DNA of 64,000 bases from Antedon mediterranea. Its lineage: Eukaryota > Animalia > Echinodermata. The position numbers and the translations under genes are program-made. The notes under the pieces are model-generated. The model was not told the DNA's origin and did not search any database. It saw only the letters and a program-made list of their open reading frames with translations. Below are positions 52,801-63,366 of the stretch, piece after piece (the stretch's first letter is position 1; each line of letters begins with the position of its first letter). The stretch is from contig NC_092675.1 in NCBI RefSeq assembly GCF_964355755.1, positions 28,740,912 through 28,804,911 on the forward strand. Reading direction: 5' to 3'.

Positions 52801-55800
52801 TGCATCTCATCCTCCCGAGGTGGTTCCCATGAAATGCGGATTGCTGTTGAGTTCACCGCTTCAACCATAACTTTTCGTGGCGCACCAGGAACTAAACGAA
52901 CAAACCCCAAGATGATGAAGATTATTAAATGTAATAAAAACATAAGCACATGCTAAAAATATGATAAGATGATGTTTAGGATTGCACATTATTAACTACT
53001 GAATAATAGTAGTATTTCCTTATTTTGTTATATTTGAATGAAGTAACATATTTTAGCATTTAAAAAATATATATATATATATAAACATGTTTTGATGTAA
53101 AAATTGTAAATTAATCATGTAAAAATAATTCCTATATCAATATTCAAACATAAGTAGAATAAAAAAAATTAACCATTATTTCATAATACGATAACATCAA
53201 TTTAATAATAAAAAATCGATGCCTAACATACATAAACACAATAATCATATATAAGCGATGGAATTTCAACTAAGATGAAAAGGAGAAAATGCCCTATGGG
53301 AAGATGGAGGCAAACGCTGGATCCGAGCTTCTTTGTATTGTGAAAAAAATGCATGCGGATCAAATTCACATGCATGGTGCATAATTTTTTTAAACTCTTT
53401 AATAAATTATTAAACCTGATACAAATTCTGTGCACGCATAGTTACAAGCAGACAATTGTCAATCATGCTATAAAGCCATGCCCTTTGACCTGTACGCAAG
53501 TTCAAATGCAGTGTATGATAGTGAGGGAGGAAGTAAATTATAAGGAATAGCAGATTTTAAATTTGGTGATTGGTGAAATACTTTCATTCACAATTTTTGA
53601 ACTGCAAAACACAAGTTAGGAAAAGATTATAAGGAAAATAAAATCCACAGTAAGTTATCGAGTTTAAATAAGGAAAATGTTTAATTTATATGGTCTTTAT
53701 CTATATTATAAGAGTGAGATTTTTTACATTTGTCTGTGTATACAAATGTTATTGCATGCATTTATACTCAAAGTGACAGGATTGTGTTTTAAACTATACC
53801 ACCCAAGGAGGGGAGTGGGTGGGGATGAAGGAAACCACACTGGCTGGGTATGTATGCTTGTATTCAATATTAGGAGTTCTAAATCTTTGATGAATATATA
53901 AATAAAATCTCATTTAAATTTGCAACAAGCAAACACTTTTTGTAGGTCTATTTAATTCCCATTTTCAAGCATTTACTATAGTTTATATAAAATGTACAAT
54001 TGAATATTCAAGAGTAAACTTATTACAATATTTAACTACTTATTTGTTGAAGTTAGTATTTATATTTTTTCAGTATGTGTAATAACAGGGTTTGTAATTT
54101 GATTAATTTTACAGGGGAGAAATATTACACAGGAATGCAAATTTAGAGGGTTCGTATTTGGGAAATAAGAGCATGCCAAGGGGTGCAACATTAAATACAT
54201 GGATGCAATATTACTAAATATAAACAAAATATAATAAATGATTTATTATTTACAATATATAACTGATGTAATACTGTATTTGGACTGATATGCTTGCAGT
54301 AGTGTATGTTAATATGAGATTCAAATGTTATTCACAACTTACAGATACATTCTGATATAAAATAACTCACTTGTCATTGGTGAAAAGATTGAAGCATGTC
54401 ACAAATAAAGGTAAAAGGTTAAAGGTCGAGTTAGACACGAGGGGTTACATACCGGCTTCCAAGGTGCGAACGCGAAGTGCCGGATTGGTTTCCGGCCCGT
54501 TGCCTACAATGGTACGAGCCGAAACTGAGATTTCGTAGAAGGTCCATTTGTCGAGACCACTCAAGCTGTGGCTACGTGACGTGTTACTCAACGTTACCAT
54601 CTGAATTGACTGGTCGTCACCCTCTGCCTTGCGGTAATTCAGCGTGTAGCCTGTGATCACGCCATTTTGCGATTCGGCCGAGGGTGGATTCCACGTGACT
54701 TGGACCTCGGTTGAACTGACTGGTAATGCTTGGACGTCTCTGGGGGGTTCGCCAGGGACTACGGGTGCAAAACAACATCAACAAGAATATAAGACGACAA
54801 ATTAACATGCCAAACTTGCAGGAATATACAAAGGAAAAGTTGATAAAAGACAAAATAGAAAAAATATTGAAACATGAAGGAATGGAGTTAAATAAAATCT
54901 TACAGATTTGCATTAGATCATGCTTTATACATTAAACATGAAATATATGTCAATATAATAAATACATACATAAAAATAATTTTTGTTAGTCCATCCGTCA
55001 GTGGTGTGATAGCTAATACTTATCACTATTAAAGTTGTTGTCATGTTAGTAACATCGTCAATTATCAAAATTGATCATGCAAATGTTAAAAAGAAACTCA
55101 GTTCAGTTTCTTTTTCATACACATTCAAATAGTTATGCAATTTATTTAAAAGAACAGAAAAATGCAAATTAGAACAATTGTCATTTTTAGTGATTATGGT
55201 ACCAAGACGTTGTGTGTTTACCACACCCAATTATGTATCAAATTAAATGCTAATTCTGCATTTATTTGTATCAAACATTATAAGAAAAATCTAGTACCTT
55301 GAGGTATATCTAAACAGTTTAACAAATGAAACAAGTGCCTGTTCTTTTAAACCATCGTCATGTTTCAGATAAATGTGTCGTGCATGTATAGTCAGGATTG
55401 CAAGTGATGCAATGCACATGTGTGCTATCATCATTCCTTTCGGTCAAAGTTCACCAATTTTCAATCAAAAAATGTTTAGATTTAACTTTCAAAATTTATC
55501 GCCCAAGTGAAAATGACATTAGGCAACCTTTGTAGAAAATCACTTGCGTTCATAACGCAAATGTTCTGATTGGCGCTACATACGCAATTAATTATTCCAC
55601 ATTTATATAGCCAATGTCGAATAAAAAATAATTTATTTCAAATATTTTAAATTATAAGGTGAAGTTTGAAAGATTTTGAATAATTTATTATTTGGTAAAC
55701 TATTGTTAGACTATGGTAAATGTTGTATACATACATTTATTTTCTTCTTAAAATTATTATTGTAAAAATATATTCTGTATGTAACTTGCTCATTGTGAAA

Positions 55801-58800
55801 TCAACATCATATTGATGTATAATAATGTTTAACATTAATTAGTTTTTGATCAATATAAAAGCTCTGTCTACACTATCAAACTAGTTTGACAAAAAAAGTG
55901 TTTCCAAATATTGTGATATGCCCAAATATGGTAGTGATATGACATCACATGTCCATATATAGGCATATCACATTTTTTTGTCACATAAGGTAATACCCAA
56001 GGATGGGCTTATACCGGAAAATGGGATAATATCTGAAGATGTGGTCTTTATTTGTCCTAGAGCAAGTCAATAACAGAATTTATTTAAAAAAATTAATTTC
56101 TGAAAACCAAAGTTAAACCGTAAATTTAGTAATAATAAGGTAACATTTTGATACTGTTTTCTTTTTATCAAATATTCTATTAATTTTTTTCATCTATTAA
56201 TTATTGTTTATTATATGTATGTATACAATGTAAATACCAGAGGTCTTGGATATATCCCATAATGCAGTCATACACATACACCAGTTTCTTGTTGATAATT
56301 GTTCTATCACTTCACCACCCATAAAACGTCCAAACGTTAAGAGTCCAGTAATAAAGCTCTGTTCACACTATCAAACTAGTTTGACAAAAAAGGTGGGATG
56401 TTCCCAAATATGGTAGTGATGTTACAGGTCCATATATGGGCACATTTTTTTTTGTCACATAAAGTTTGATAGTGTGGACAGAGCTTAAGACACAATGGTA
56501 AGCTGCTAAGATATGGCTGTAAATTATCAGTCATGAAAACCGATAAGATTCCAGTATTATTCTTTTTTACTGTGACTCAATTGATGAGCACCAGGACTGT
56601 AAATACAATGTCTTAAGTTCAAATTATTTATACTCTCTTCTCTTTTAATGCCAAATCCAAATAAAATGTCTAAATAACTGGCATGTGGCTGAATGCATTT
56701 TTTATTATTATTTTTTTTACTTTAAAATTTTAAAATATTTTATCAATTTTTTCAAAATATCAAGGTTGTCATATGATAATTTACCGACCAAAAAAAAGAC
56801 ATTTTTATACATCACATCCAATTTGTATAATAATTATATTTTGTTATTTAAAAATATGATTTAAGCTTTAAATCAGATTGCTAAAAATGAATGTTTGGAA
56901 ATGATAAATACAAAATAAAACACCTCCTTGTTGATATTTTGTTTTATATCACAAAGAAATTATTATTATAGTCGGATGTGATGCCGCAAAAATTCACAAC
57001 AGCTTACCATTATGTTTTAATAACCTTATAGTGTAACTGTGAAAATAAGCAATTTAGTTAATCCTACCTGTAGAAGTAGCATTGGTTAATGTATTATAAC
57101 ACTATCATTGCAAAACCCTAGTATACATATCGGCAATACTATTATTACATATACTAATTATTTAGAAAAATTATTCACTAAAAATAATTGTTGAACTTAA
57201 ACTGTTATTAATATCCAATGAGCATTTTACAAAAAATCAAATTCATTTTATATATTTTTTAAATTGATAGAATATAATCTGTTGATCACATATAAAAACT
57301 TTTTTTAAACATTTTATAATAATTTCAGGTATTTTCTTGCAAATTTATTATGGATACTTTATAATTTATTTGAATTGAATTTATCATCATTTATAGTAGT
57401 ATCATAATTATTTTGAGTTATGGAATATTTTGCTATTGAATTTATGATTTTAAAAATTTGTTATAAATGCTATAGTTTTTGTGAAGCAATGTATTAAATG
57501 TCTAGACCACTTAATATGTGTTGATCATTTAGTTATTAACAGGTGAAATTTAATACTCAGATATTTTTAACTCTCAAAGAAAGAAATAATTCAATCAAAA
57601 AACCATGTATGATTATGTTATACACACATAATAAGAATTATAATGTATGTTTTTATAAATGTCTATGATATATTTTTTGTTTCGTTTTTCTTGGCTTTTT
57701 TTCCAAGTTTTCTTTTATAATTGTGAATACGTAAAAATTCTGCATTATCATTTTAAAAATTACAATTATATTAAAATCAAAATTTATAATGTTTATATTC
57801 TTTTGTCCCTTACCTGCCTGTTGTGTCCTTACAGACACGATGCTAGTTTTTGGTCCCAGTCCGCGATCACTGCGAGCAGCCAAACAGATGTTGTACATAG
57901 TGTATGGTGTGAGGCTGTTCAAGATGTGTGTCCCCTGGCCCGGTGAGATGGTCTTGTGTTGCTCACCCTCAGTAGAAGAGTTGTAAAAGATCTCGTAGTT
58001 TGTGACAAGTTTATCTTGGTTGTAGTTGGTCGGGTCCTCCCATGTCAGTTCAATTTTATCGTGGCTAATTGGACTAGCTTGAAAATTCACTGGCTGTCCA
58101 GGAACTAATTTGACAAAAATGCGTATTTAATATAATACATAATCACGTAGGTGGATCAAGGGAGAAGCTAGACCTCCCTCACTAAATTTTGAGAATGTTA
58201 ATGCACAACATCAGATTAGGTTCATTATTTTATTAAATTTTTTTATTTTTAGGCCCTAGGCCTCCGTCCCACACCCACCTCTATTTTAAAATTCTGAATC
58301 CGCCATAGAAATTATCATAATATTAATTCAGTGATGAAGCATACAGTATAGATTAGTAGTAATATTATCCTCTGACAAGGAAAATCAAAATTTGTTTATA
58401 AAATTGTTGTCCTTCGGTCAAACTTCCTGAACCTAGGGCTCTATCTACAATATCAAACTAGTTTGACAAAAAAAAGTGTGATGTGCCCAAATATGGCAGT
58501 GATATGCCCACATATGGTAGTGATATGGCCAAATATGGTAGTGATATGACATCATCATGTCCATATATGGGCACATCACATTATTTTGTCACATAAAGTT
58601 TGATAGTGTGGACAGAGTTTAGACTTACCGCCCTGTTCAACCTTGATCTTTATGATGGGTGATGCCGGCCCATAGCCAACCTCTGTTCTAGCTGCAACCC
58701 TCACAGAATACAGTTGCAACGGTTTTAACCCTTGGATACTGGTTAACTGGCTGTTAGTAGTGATAGACGTCTTCCATAGAAATAGGTCACTTGTAGGAGT

Positions 58801-61800
58801 GTCGGTGTAGTACACCATGTACTCAGTTATGTGTCCGTTTGGAATCTCAGGGTTTTCCCACTGGACAAGTATTGTACTGGAACTGATCAAGCTCACTTTG
58901 ACATTTATTGGTGGTGAACCAGGTGCTGCAGACGAAAAGACATTTTATAATAACATTTGAAATATTATTAGAAATGATAAATCTCAATAACTTACCTACT
59001 ACATTATATTTATTTAGTAAATAAATTTATTTTATTTCAACATTATTTTAGGAGGGTGGTCCTTCCAGGCGAAGCTGATTATTAGGGACCCTCACAAAAA
59101 TGCAACATGACAAGACATAAACATGTAACAATAAAAATTCAATTTAAAAATAAATATTAAAATCACATATTTATGATGAGACATTATATCTCAGCGTATC
59201 TAAGATCTAATCATAAATAATGCATGTAAATTATTAAACATTCATATTTTTATTGATTTTAATATAAGTACCAAACGATAATGTCTAGTAATCTGAGGAG
59301 TGCATTATTTTCTATTTAAAATACATAGCATACTGATTATTTATGGGTGTTAATGATTTTAGCCTATAGGTTGTCCTACAGCAATCAATCATTATTTTTA
59401 TTGTGCATAGAGCTAGTATTTATTAATCTTTACTGTTTACTCATCCAATGTACGTGTACCAATTTGTTACTGAATGTATGATGACCTTTCTACACCCTGA
59501 TTGTGACATAGAGATTGTCCACAAATTAGCCAACGTGTCATTCGGTAGAGGGGAAGAAAAGATAACATTTTTTCGCAATAAATACCTTTCTAACATAGCC
59601 AAATGAAAATTGTTTGTAGCATATAGGAGGATATATTCAGATAAAGCAACAAATTTGAAGTTAATTGCTATTATAATACAGATTTAAATTAATTCTCTAT
59701 CAATTATTAATTAAATTAAAATATTTAAAAAATTAATTGCCATAAATTATTAAGTTTATTTTACTCCATTTTTTGTAGGGTATAACAGTTTTTAAAATTG
59801 TAAACATTTTTAGTTTACACCAAAGAAGATTAAAACTACACTTGTATTGAAGTAAAAAAACATAACGACTTACCTAGCTCTCCAGTCATCACTTTAACCG
59901 GTAGACTTGGTTCACCGATGCCAATCGTGTTAACACCTATTACCTTAAACTCATAAGATGAAAACGGCAGTAGACCTTCCACTGTGTAAGTAGTGTCCGG
60001 TATATCAGTGATTTCTGTGTACATATTCTCAGATGAGGCTAGCCTATACTGAAGAATGTATGAGTTGACAGGCTCCTGGTTTGCTGGGGTCCAACTAAGA
60101 GTCACTGATTTTGCTGGGGCTGGAAGTTCCGGCACAGGGGCTGATGGAGCTTTGGGTGGTGCTAAAAAAAGTAAACACTATTTGTTGAAAACACAGTGAT
60201 ATCAGAAGAGAAAATTTGGACGAAATTAAACAAGAAGGGGGACAAACATTTTTGTTTTTTAATTTTGGTTGGTACTGCCATATTTGTTTGTATTTAATTT
60301 TCTTCATAATTGGATTGAATTCCGATCTAACAAAAACATAACTAGCAAGAGATAGCATATCACAATATTTCGATTCCACATTTGAATGATTAAACTATTT
60401 ATCTTTTCAGGCAAAACAATACCAACATAAAATCCTGTGTAACATCCCGATAACATGTCATTACACAGATCAGTTTAAGACGGAGAAAGCCTCTGACGAG
60501 TATCAATTGCGAAGAAGAACGCGGCTATATATAAAGCTGGTGAAATCCAATACATAACCAAGATGACAGACAACTTGCCTGCCAACTGTTTGAGATTAAA
60601 TGACCTTTTCCGTTTAGTTATAAGGATTTCACCGAATTACCCACTTATGAAATATAATTACGTCGGGAAGAATAACTATTAAACTTGAGCTTGTTTGTTT
60701 TGATGGGATAATTTTGCCCTAAAATTAAATTTTGGCAAGAAATTTTACTAGTCATTATGGTAAATATACTATTATTGTGTAGATGTTACATGCGCTAATT
60801 TCCACGACTCTCTTCCGGTTGTATGTGATTAACTTTTTGATCAATGTGTTCGCATATTGTCAGGTATATTATATTTTAATTGAATTTTTTTCTTTACACA
60901 TTAAATTATAAAAATAAAACATGTCATACCTCTGACGGTTACTCTAGCCATAACGTACTCAACGCCTAAAGAACTTGTCGCCAGGCAAGTGTAGTTACCA
61001 GACTCTAGGACATTGGTCAATGTCAACACATTTCTTCCTTCAATTGGTTCGTTTCCCTCTACAGGGATATTGTCCTTCATCCATTTAACTTCAGGCATGG
61101 GTGCTCCCACTGCTACGCATGTCAGGGAAACGTCTTGACCCGGAGCAATTTCCTTGTCTTCGGGTTTAATGGTGAATCTTGGTGGGTTCTTCCGTTCTAT
61201 TATTTGACAAAAGTTGCAATCAACGAAAAAAAGTTAGAACTAGATTTGAACTAGTCACTTTGACGAGTTCGGGTTATCCGCGCAAAGGCAACATGCACAT
61301 ACTTTAAACTATATGAACTTCGACAAATATTATGCCATCCTATGTCATGAATTAAACATGTTTACAGTGCTGAATGTACCTATTTTGTAGCATACAGAAT
61401 ATTACAGAATACACTGTTATATGTTATATACCGTGTAGTATAGACGAAATTACGAGACCATCTTTTAAATCCAATTATTAACACGATGACGTCATCCAAT
61501 TGACATATAAATATAACAATTTTAGAAAATAATTATCTAAATAATTAAATTATTACAAATTTGAAGATTTCTGGGCACGTAAAAGAGAGATGCGCTCACG
61601 TTTAACGCAATGAACTTTTACGCAAGGGATGAAAATACGACTTTTGTTATTCAACTGGCCATATGATGACATCACAACATCTGATTGGCAAAATATTTAA
61701 ATGAATTCGTATCTACAATCCAATTAATTTCCAGAAAACGTTTAAATCATGATTATCACTTTTTATTCTGACGAGATATAACAGATTAAAATTTACTGTA

Positions 61801-63366
61801 AAGATGAAAATAAGTGACCCACGTTATTTACATTTTTAGACATGATGACGTCATAAAAATTAAAATATTTTTAACTCCTGCGAAAGATAGTTGATTGACA
61901 ATATTGAAATCTTGGGGGAAATGGAATACGTATAAGCGAGATGCGCTCTGTTGAATGTGATGAGCAATAACGAAAGAGACAAAAATCCTATATTTTACAT
62001 TCGTGTGGCCATACGTCATAACGTCCGAGAGGTAAAGATTCTGCATGAATTCATATCTACAATTTATCTTCTTGCATAATAAGTTAAAAAAATTGGGGGT
62101 CACCTTCGATCCTGAAGAGCTACAATAGATTAAAAATAGGCATAATTTTGACAATATTTTGTAACTTTTCAACTATGACATCATTTTAATTTGAAATGAT
62201 GTCAATCTTTTTTAAAATGACTTGGAAAGGCTGTAAAATCATAATTCAAGAGAAGAAAACATGATTTTCATGCTCCGTGCGCACCTTACGCGTGGGAATT
62301 TTTGACATGCTCAAAATGTCATGATCAGCGTAGAAAGTTGATTAGAAATTAATTTTGCGCATTTTGAAACTTTAAATGCGTGTGTGCAGGTAACTTCTTG
62401 TGAAACAATTTTCACCACGTATCAATAAAAAATGACTTTTGGTTTATAATCAATGATCAATCATTTAAATTCATAAAATCGCGCGTAACTCACGCTGCGC
62501 GACTCTAACGTCATATAACGAAGTTTCTTGCACATCTACAGCTACAGGTCAATCTTTTGACAAAGTTATACAAAGTTACGTTCACAAGCAATAGGGGATA
62601 TGCGACACACAAAAATCCGGGAAAGAAAGAAGAATAATAACAAAGAAGATGAAAAAAAAGATATTTACAATCACATGGGTTATCCTGCAACTAAGTTGCG
62701 GATAACCAATAAAACAATGTGAATACTTAGTAGAAGTCCAATGAGGAGGACATCAACTATTGGTCAGTCTGACCACTTAACTGTACATAAAGTCAAACGA
62801 TATTCTACACTTACACAAAATCACCTAAATATTGTTACATTATCGTTTTTTTTAATTTGGGAAATTGCGGGACATAAAGTTTGTATAAAGAAACCAGAAA
62901 AAGGTGATTCTGAAATGTGTGAAAGGGGTCTAAAGCTCTGTCTATACTATCAAACGTTATGTGACAAAAAATGTGATGTGATCATATAGATATGATGATG
63001 TCATATCAATACCATATTTAAGCATATCACTACCATATTTAGGCACATCACACTATTTTTGGTTTTTTTTCAAGTTCGATATTGTGGACAGAGCTTTAGA
63101 GAAGTAATGTGAAAACAACTTTAAACAAATCTAGTTTTTATGTTTTAACTTGTACTATCACTGTACTATATCAATAATATTCTGTATGTTTATAATATCT
63201 TAGTAACTGGTCATTACCACGTACAAACATCTGGACAATCTTATCATCAACTTACCCCTAATGTACAACATTGCTTTCTCTGAAAACAACGTTCCAGCAG
63301 AATTACGTGCATAACACTCGTAACTACCCGCATCATCTAAGGTTGACACGGTAATTTGCATCTGAC
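25815..63366 (-). CDS. PTPRF: LAR-family (type IIa) receptor-type tyrosine-protein phosphatase, co-ortholog of PTPRF/PTPRD/PTPRS; 5' end beyond window
   Basis: Ig and FN3 exons, furin-like RLRR, TM helix, [15 protein letters not shown] wedge region, D1 ([17 protein letters not shown]), D2 ([13 protein letters not shown]), C-terminus [13 protein letters not shown]. All exons join in frame. Confidence 0.95.
26244..26379 (-). CDS. PTPRF: LAR-PTP D2 exon
   Basis: [23 protein letters not shown]...RPAMVQTE. Confidence 0.93.
26554..26708 (-). CDS. PTPRF: LAR-PTP D2 exon
   Basis: [21 protein letters not shown]...PISIHC. Confidence 0.93.
26762..26925. mobile_element. MITE family A copy
   Basis: Both TIRs. 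Confidence 0.8.
27041..27301 (-). CDS. PTPRF: LAR-PTP D2 exon
   Basis: YIATQGPL...[20 protein letters not shown]. Confidence 0.93.
27617..27736. mobile_element. MITE family A copy
   Basis: Both TIRs, internal deletions. Confidence 0.8.
27765..27935 (-). CDS. PTPRF: LAR-PTP D2 exon
   Basis: [20 protein letters not shown]...[10 protein letters not shown]. Confidence 0.93.
28236..28395. mobile_element. MITE family A copy
   Basis: Both TIRs. Confidence 0.85.
28418..28858 (-). CDS. PTPRF: LAR-PTP D1 catalytic exon
   Basis: [10 protein letters not shown]...[11 protein letters not shown]...MVQTEEQY. Confidence 0.95.
29116..29541 (-). CDS. PTPRF: LAR-PTP D1 exon
   Basis: [15 protein letters not shown]...KCDQYWP. 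Confidence 0.95.
29620..29777. mobile_element. MITE family A copy
   Basis: Both TIRs, TAA...TTA flanks. Confidence 0.85.
29953..30157 (-). CDS. PTPRF: LAR-PTP juxtamembrane/wedge exon
   Basis: [22 protein letters not shown]...KFSQEYE. Confidence 0.92.
30491..30519. repeat. (AGT)n microsatellite
   Basis: About 9 units. Confidence 0.8.
30748..30920 (-). CDS. PTPRF: LAR-PTP transmembrane exon
   Basis: [27 protein letters not shown]. Confidence 0.9.
31167..31443 (-). CDS. PTPRF: LAR-PTP membrane-proximal exon with furin-like site
   Basis: YIFIIVVPL...RLRR...YITAK...FVIGD...YINKPL...Y. Confidence 0.88.
31612..31702 (-). CDS. PTPRF: LAR-PTP exon
   Basis: APQKPVVEV...; phases fit neighbours. 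Confidence 0.8.
31878..32036. mobile_element. MITE family A copy
   Basis: Both TIRs. Confidence 0.85.
32413..32791 (+). mobile_element. Full-length tRNA-derived Deu-domain SINE with poly(A) tail
   Basis: A box TGGCCGAGCGG, B box GGTTCGAGGC, Deu/Nin-like core GGATAAGGACTATAAACCGTAGGTCC...TAAAGAACC...GAGTAGGGGGTTACCCTGGTGT, then a long A tail. Confidence 0.8.
33298..33378 (-). CDS. Candidate 81-nt cassette exon ([26 protein letters not shown])
   Basis: tcttcaacag acceptor, GAAG|gtagtc donor, phase 1-1, open in the host frame. Confidence 0.45.
34068..34471. repeat. Decamer-based minisatellite (GTCAAGTTTT / GGCAAGTCTG), array 1
   Basis: Directly visible. Confidence 0.9.
34758..35000. repeat. 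Same decamer minisatellite, array 2
   Basis: Directly visible; shares its upstream leader with array 1. Confidence 0.9.
35313..35490 (-). CDS. PTPRF: LAR-PTP FN3-9 second half
   Basis: [17 protein letters not shown]. Confidence 0.85.
35655..35755 (-). CDS. PTPRF: LAR-PTP FN3-9 first half
   Basis: PKAPQSFRV...QLEW. Confidence 0.82.
36068..36370 (-). CDS. PTPRF: LAR-PTP FN3-8
   Basis: IQVEWS...GYTVYY...[12 protein letters not shown]. Confidence 0.88.
37520..37810 (-). CDS. PTPRF: LAR-PTP FN3-7
   Basis: LTWDQP...RNGIITLY...[21 protein letters not shown]. Confidence 0.9.
39012..39104 (-). CDS. PTPRF: LAR-PTP FN3-6 second half
   Basis: [17 protein letters not shown]. Confidence 0.85.
39408..39593 (-). 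CDS. PTPRF: LAR-PTP FN3-6 first half
   Basis: PSQPLNF...VTWDPP...GYTLQY. Confidence 0.87.
39827..40506 (+). repeat. 5' LTR
   Basis: Direct repeat of 43430-44109; TATAAA at ~40131, AATAAA at 40434. Confidence 0.95.
40609..43212 (+). CDS. Gag (SCAN-like capsid, CCHC knuckle) - aspartic protease - truncated reverse transcriptase
   Basis: [66 protein letters not shown] followed by a stop; probable ATG at 40636. Confidence 0.9.
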   Translation: MFVKLVTVTMVFEPETFFADPTQEVFNSLKKDDLLKLATHLGLKDVESSMRKNDIKSRLLTYLVEEDIFDSSVMSSQVDSSIDAKLREIELQNMKEIEIRRMELEFEREERDFKLKLRELELASGISQPISNPKFDVTKHIRLVPPFQEKEVDKFFLHFEKIAENLKWPKEHWTLLLQSVLTGKAREIYTDLSFEQSSSYDVVKELILKGYELVPEAYRQQFRNKQRQTNQTHLELAQTKERLFDRWCASKQTNKDYDRLRQLILIEEFKSCITPDVRTYLDEQKAETLGQAARLADDYALTHKQAFIQKPQSQSVMSSGNKVQPNTSSQSDTTSTPPKPTYTPNKSDQQFPSPSTTCNYCKKPGHIMSECFALKRKEGKSKPSGLVLVKKQKNENLKNLVSDSVLDGYSPFMSDGFVSLIGDDLNLKSVRILRDTGASQSLLLEGILPLSDRSSTWEDVLLQGIELGYFNVPLHNIVIKSDFINGPVVVGVLKELPFMGVTFVLGNDLAGAMVKVDETTPDPSMFPVCAITHSISQQIDEVILGDTFLASEFNSPSDDTLFTGIMPRVSLTKEKLIAEQVDDSNIYKNVISEDNLTSAICTISEDNLTSVLCANSEDNLTSVLSATELISITPATKVESDLNLNVQNNNGGNYDLNAESCLRLQHSEVLANLDAKFVHLTDAERIELTKLVLGHNSSFPDVPVQINNDDDAKLLKEHPYHLKIIQQNYLKQEMYMLQTDIIEPSFSQWSSPCVLVLKPDGSYRLCTDFRKVNVVPKADSYPLTRINDCLYKLGKFDLLKGYWQVSLIERVKEISAFVTNDGLYQYKRMPLGMRNAPATFQRLLNSVIADINGCEGYIDDVIVYSDT
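43430..44109 (+). repeat. 3' LTR
   Basis: No difference from the 5' LTR found by eye. Confidence 0.95.
44451..44568 (-). CDS. PTPRF: LAR-PTP FN3-5 second half
   Basis: [25 protein letters not shown]. Confidence 0.88.
45526..45683. mobile_element. MITE family A copy
   Basis: Both TIRs; palindromic flanks. Confidence 0.85.
46348..46365 (-). CDS. Candidate 18-nt microexon (KDQLQQ) in FN3-5
   Basis: Long pyrimidine tract, TGC motif, CTGAC, cactag|AAGGATCAACTTCAACAG|gtactg, phase 0-0. Confidence 0.55.
50569..50650. repeat. Degenerate CATGAATATGGTAAT repeat
   Basis: About 4 copies. Confidence 0.55.
51374..52430. repeat. 23-bp minisatellite, about 45 copies
   Basis: Unit ATGAATATGTATTAATCCAATGT with T/C variants. 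Confidence 0.95.
52698..52891 (-). CDS. PTPRF: LAR-PTP FN3-5 first half
   Basis: [24 protein letters not shown]...[10 protein letters not shown]. Confidence 0.9.
54453..54758 (-). CDS. PTPRF: LAR-PTP FN3-4
   Basis: VTWNPP...QNGVITGY...[16 protein letters not shown]. Confidence 0.9.
55860..55989. mobile_element. MITE family A, missing right TIR
   Basis: Left TIR and body; ends abruptly at GTCACATAA. Confidence 0.8.
56355..56485. mobile_element. MITE family A copy
   Basis: Both TIRs, TAA...TAA flanks. Confidence 0.85.
57814..58104 (-). CDS. PTPRF: LAR-PTP FN3-3
   Basis: PGQPVNF...[20 protein letters not shown]. Confidence 0.9.
58437..58619. mobile_element. MITE family A copy, about 10 nt from a splice donor
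   Basis: Both TIRs, 3 internal units. Confidence 0.85.
58629..58925 (-). CDS. PTPRF: LAR-PTP FN3-2
   Basis: [27 protein letters not shown]. Confidence 0.9.
59874..60161 (-). CDS. PTPRF: LAR-PTP FN3-1
   Basis: SVTLSW...[21 protein letters not shown]. Confidence 0.9.
60930..61196 (-). CDS. PTPRF: LAR-PTP Ig3
   Basis: PPRFTI...[15 protein letters not shown]...GRNVLTL...SGNYTCLA. Confidence 0.92.
61238..62710 (+). mobile_element. Non-autonomous Helentron/DINE-1-like (HINE) element
   Basis: AACTAGA start, subterminal IR GGTTATCCGC (61272) / GCGGATAACC (62698), 3' hairpin, AAG/AAT microsatellite near the 3' end, degenerate ~350-bp internal repeats. Confidence 0.5.
62934..63095. mobile_element. 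MITE family A copy
   Basis: Both TIRs. Confidence 0.82.
63256..63366 (-). CDS. PTPRF: LAR-PTP Ig2 second half
   Basis: GQMQI...[15 protein letters not shown]...LYIR. Confidence 0.9.
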
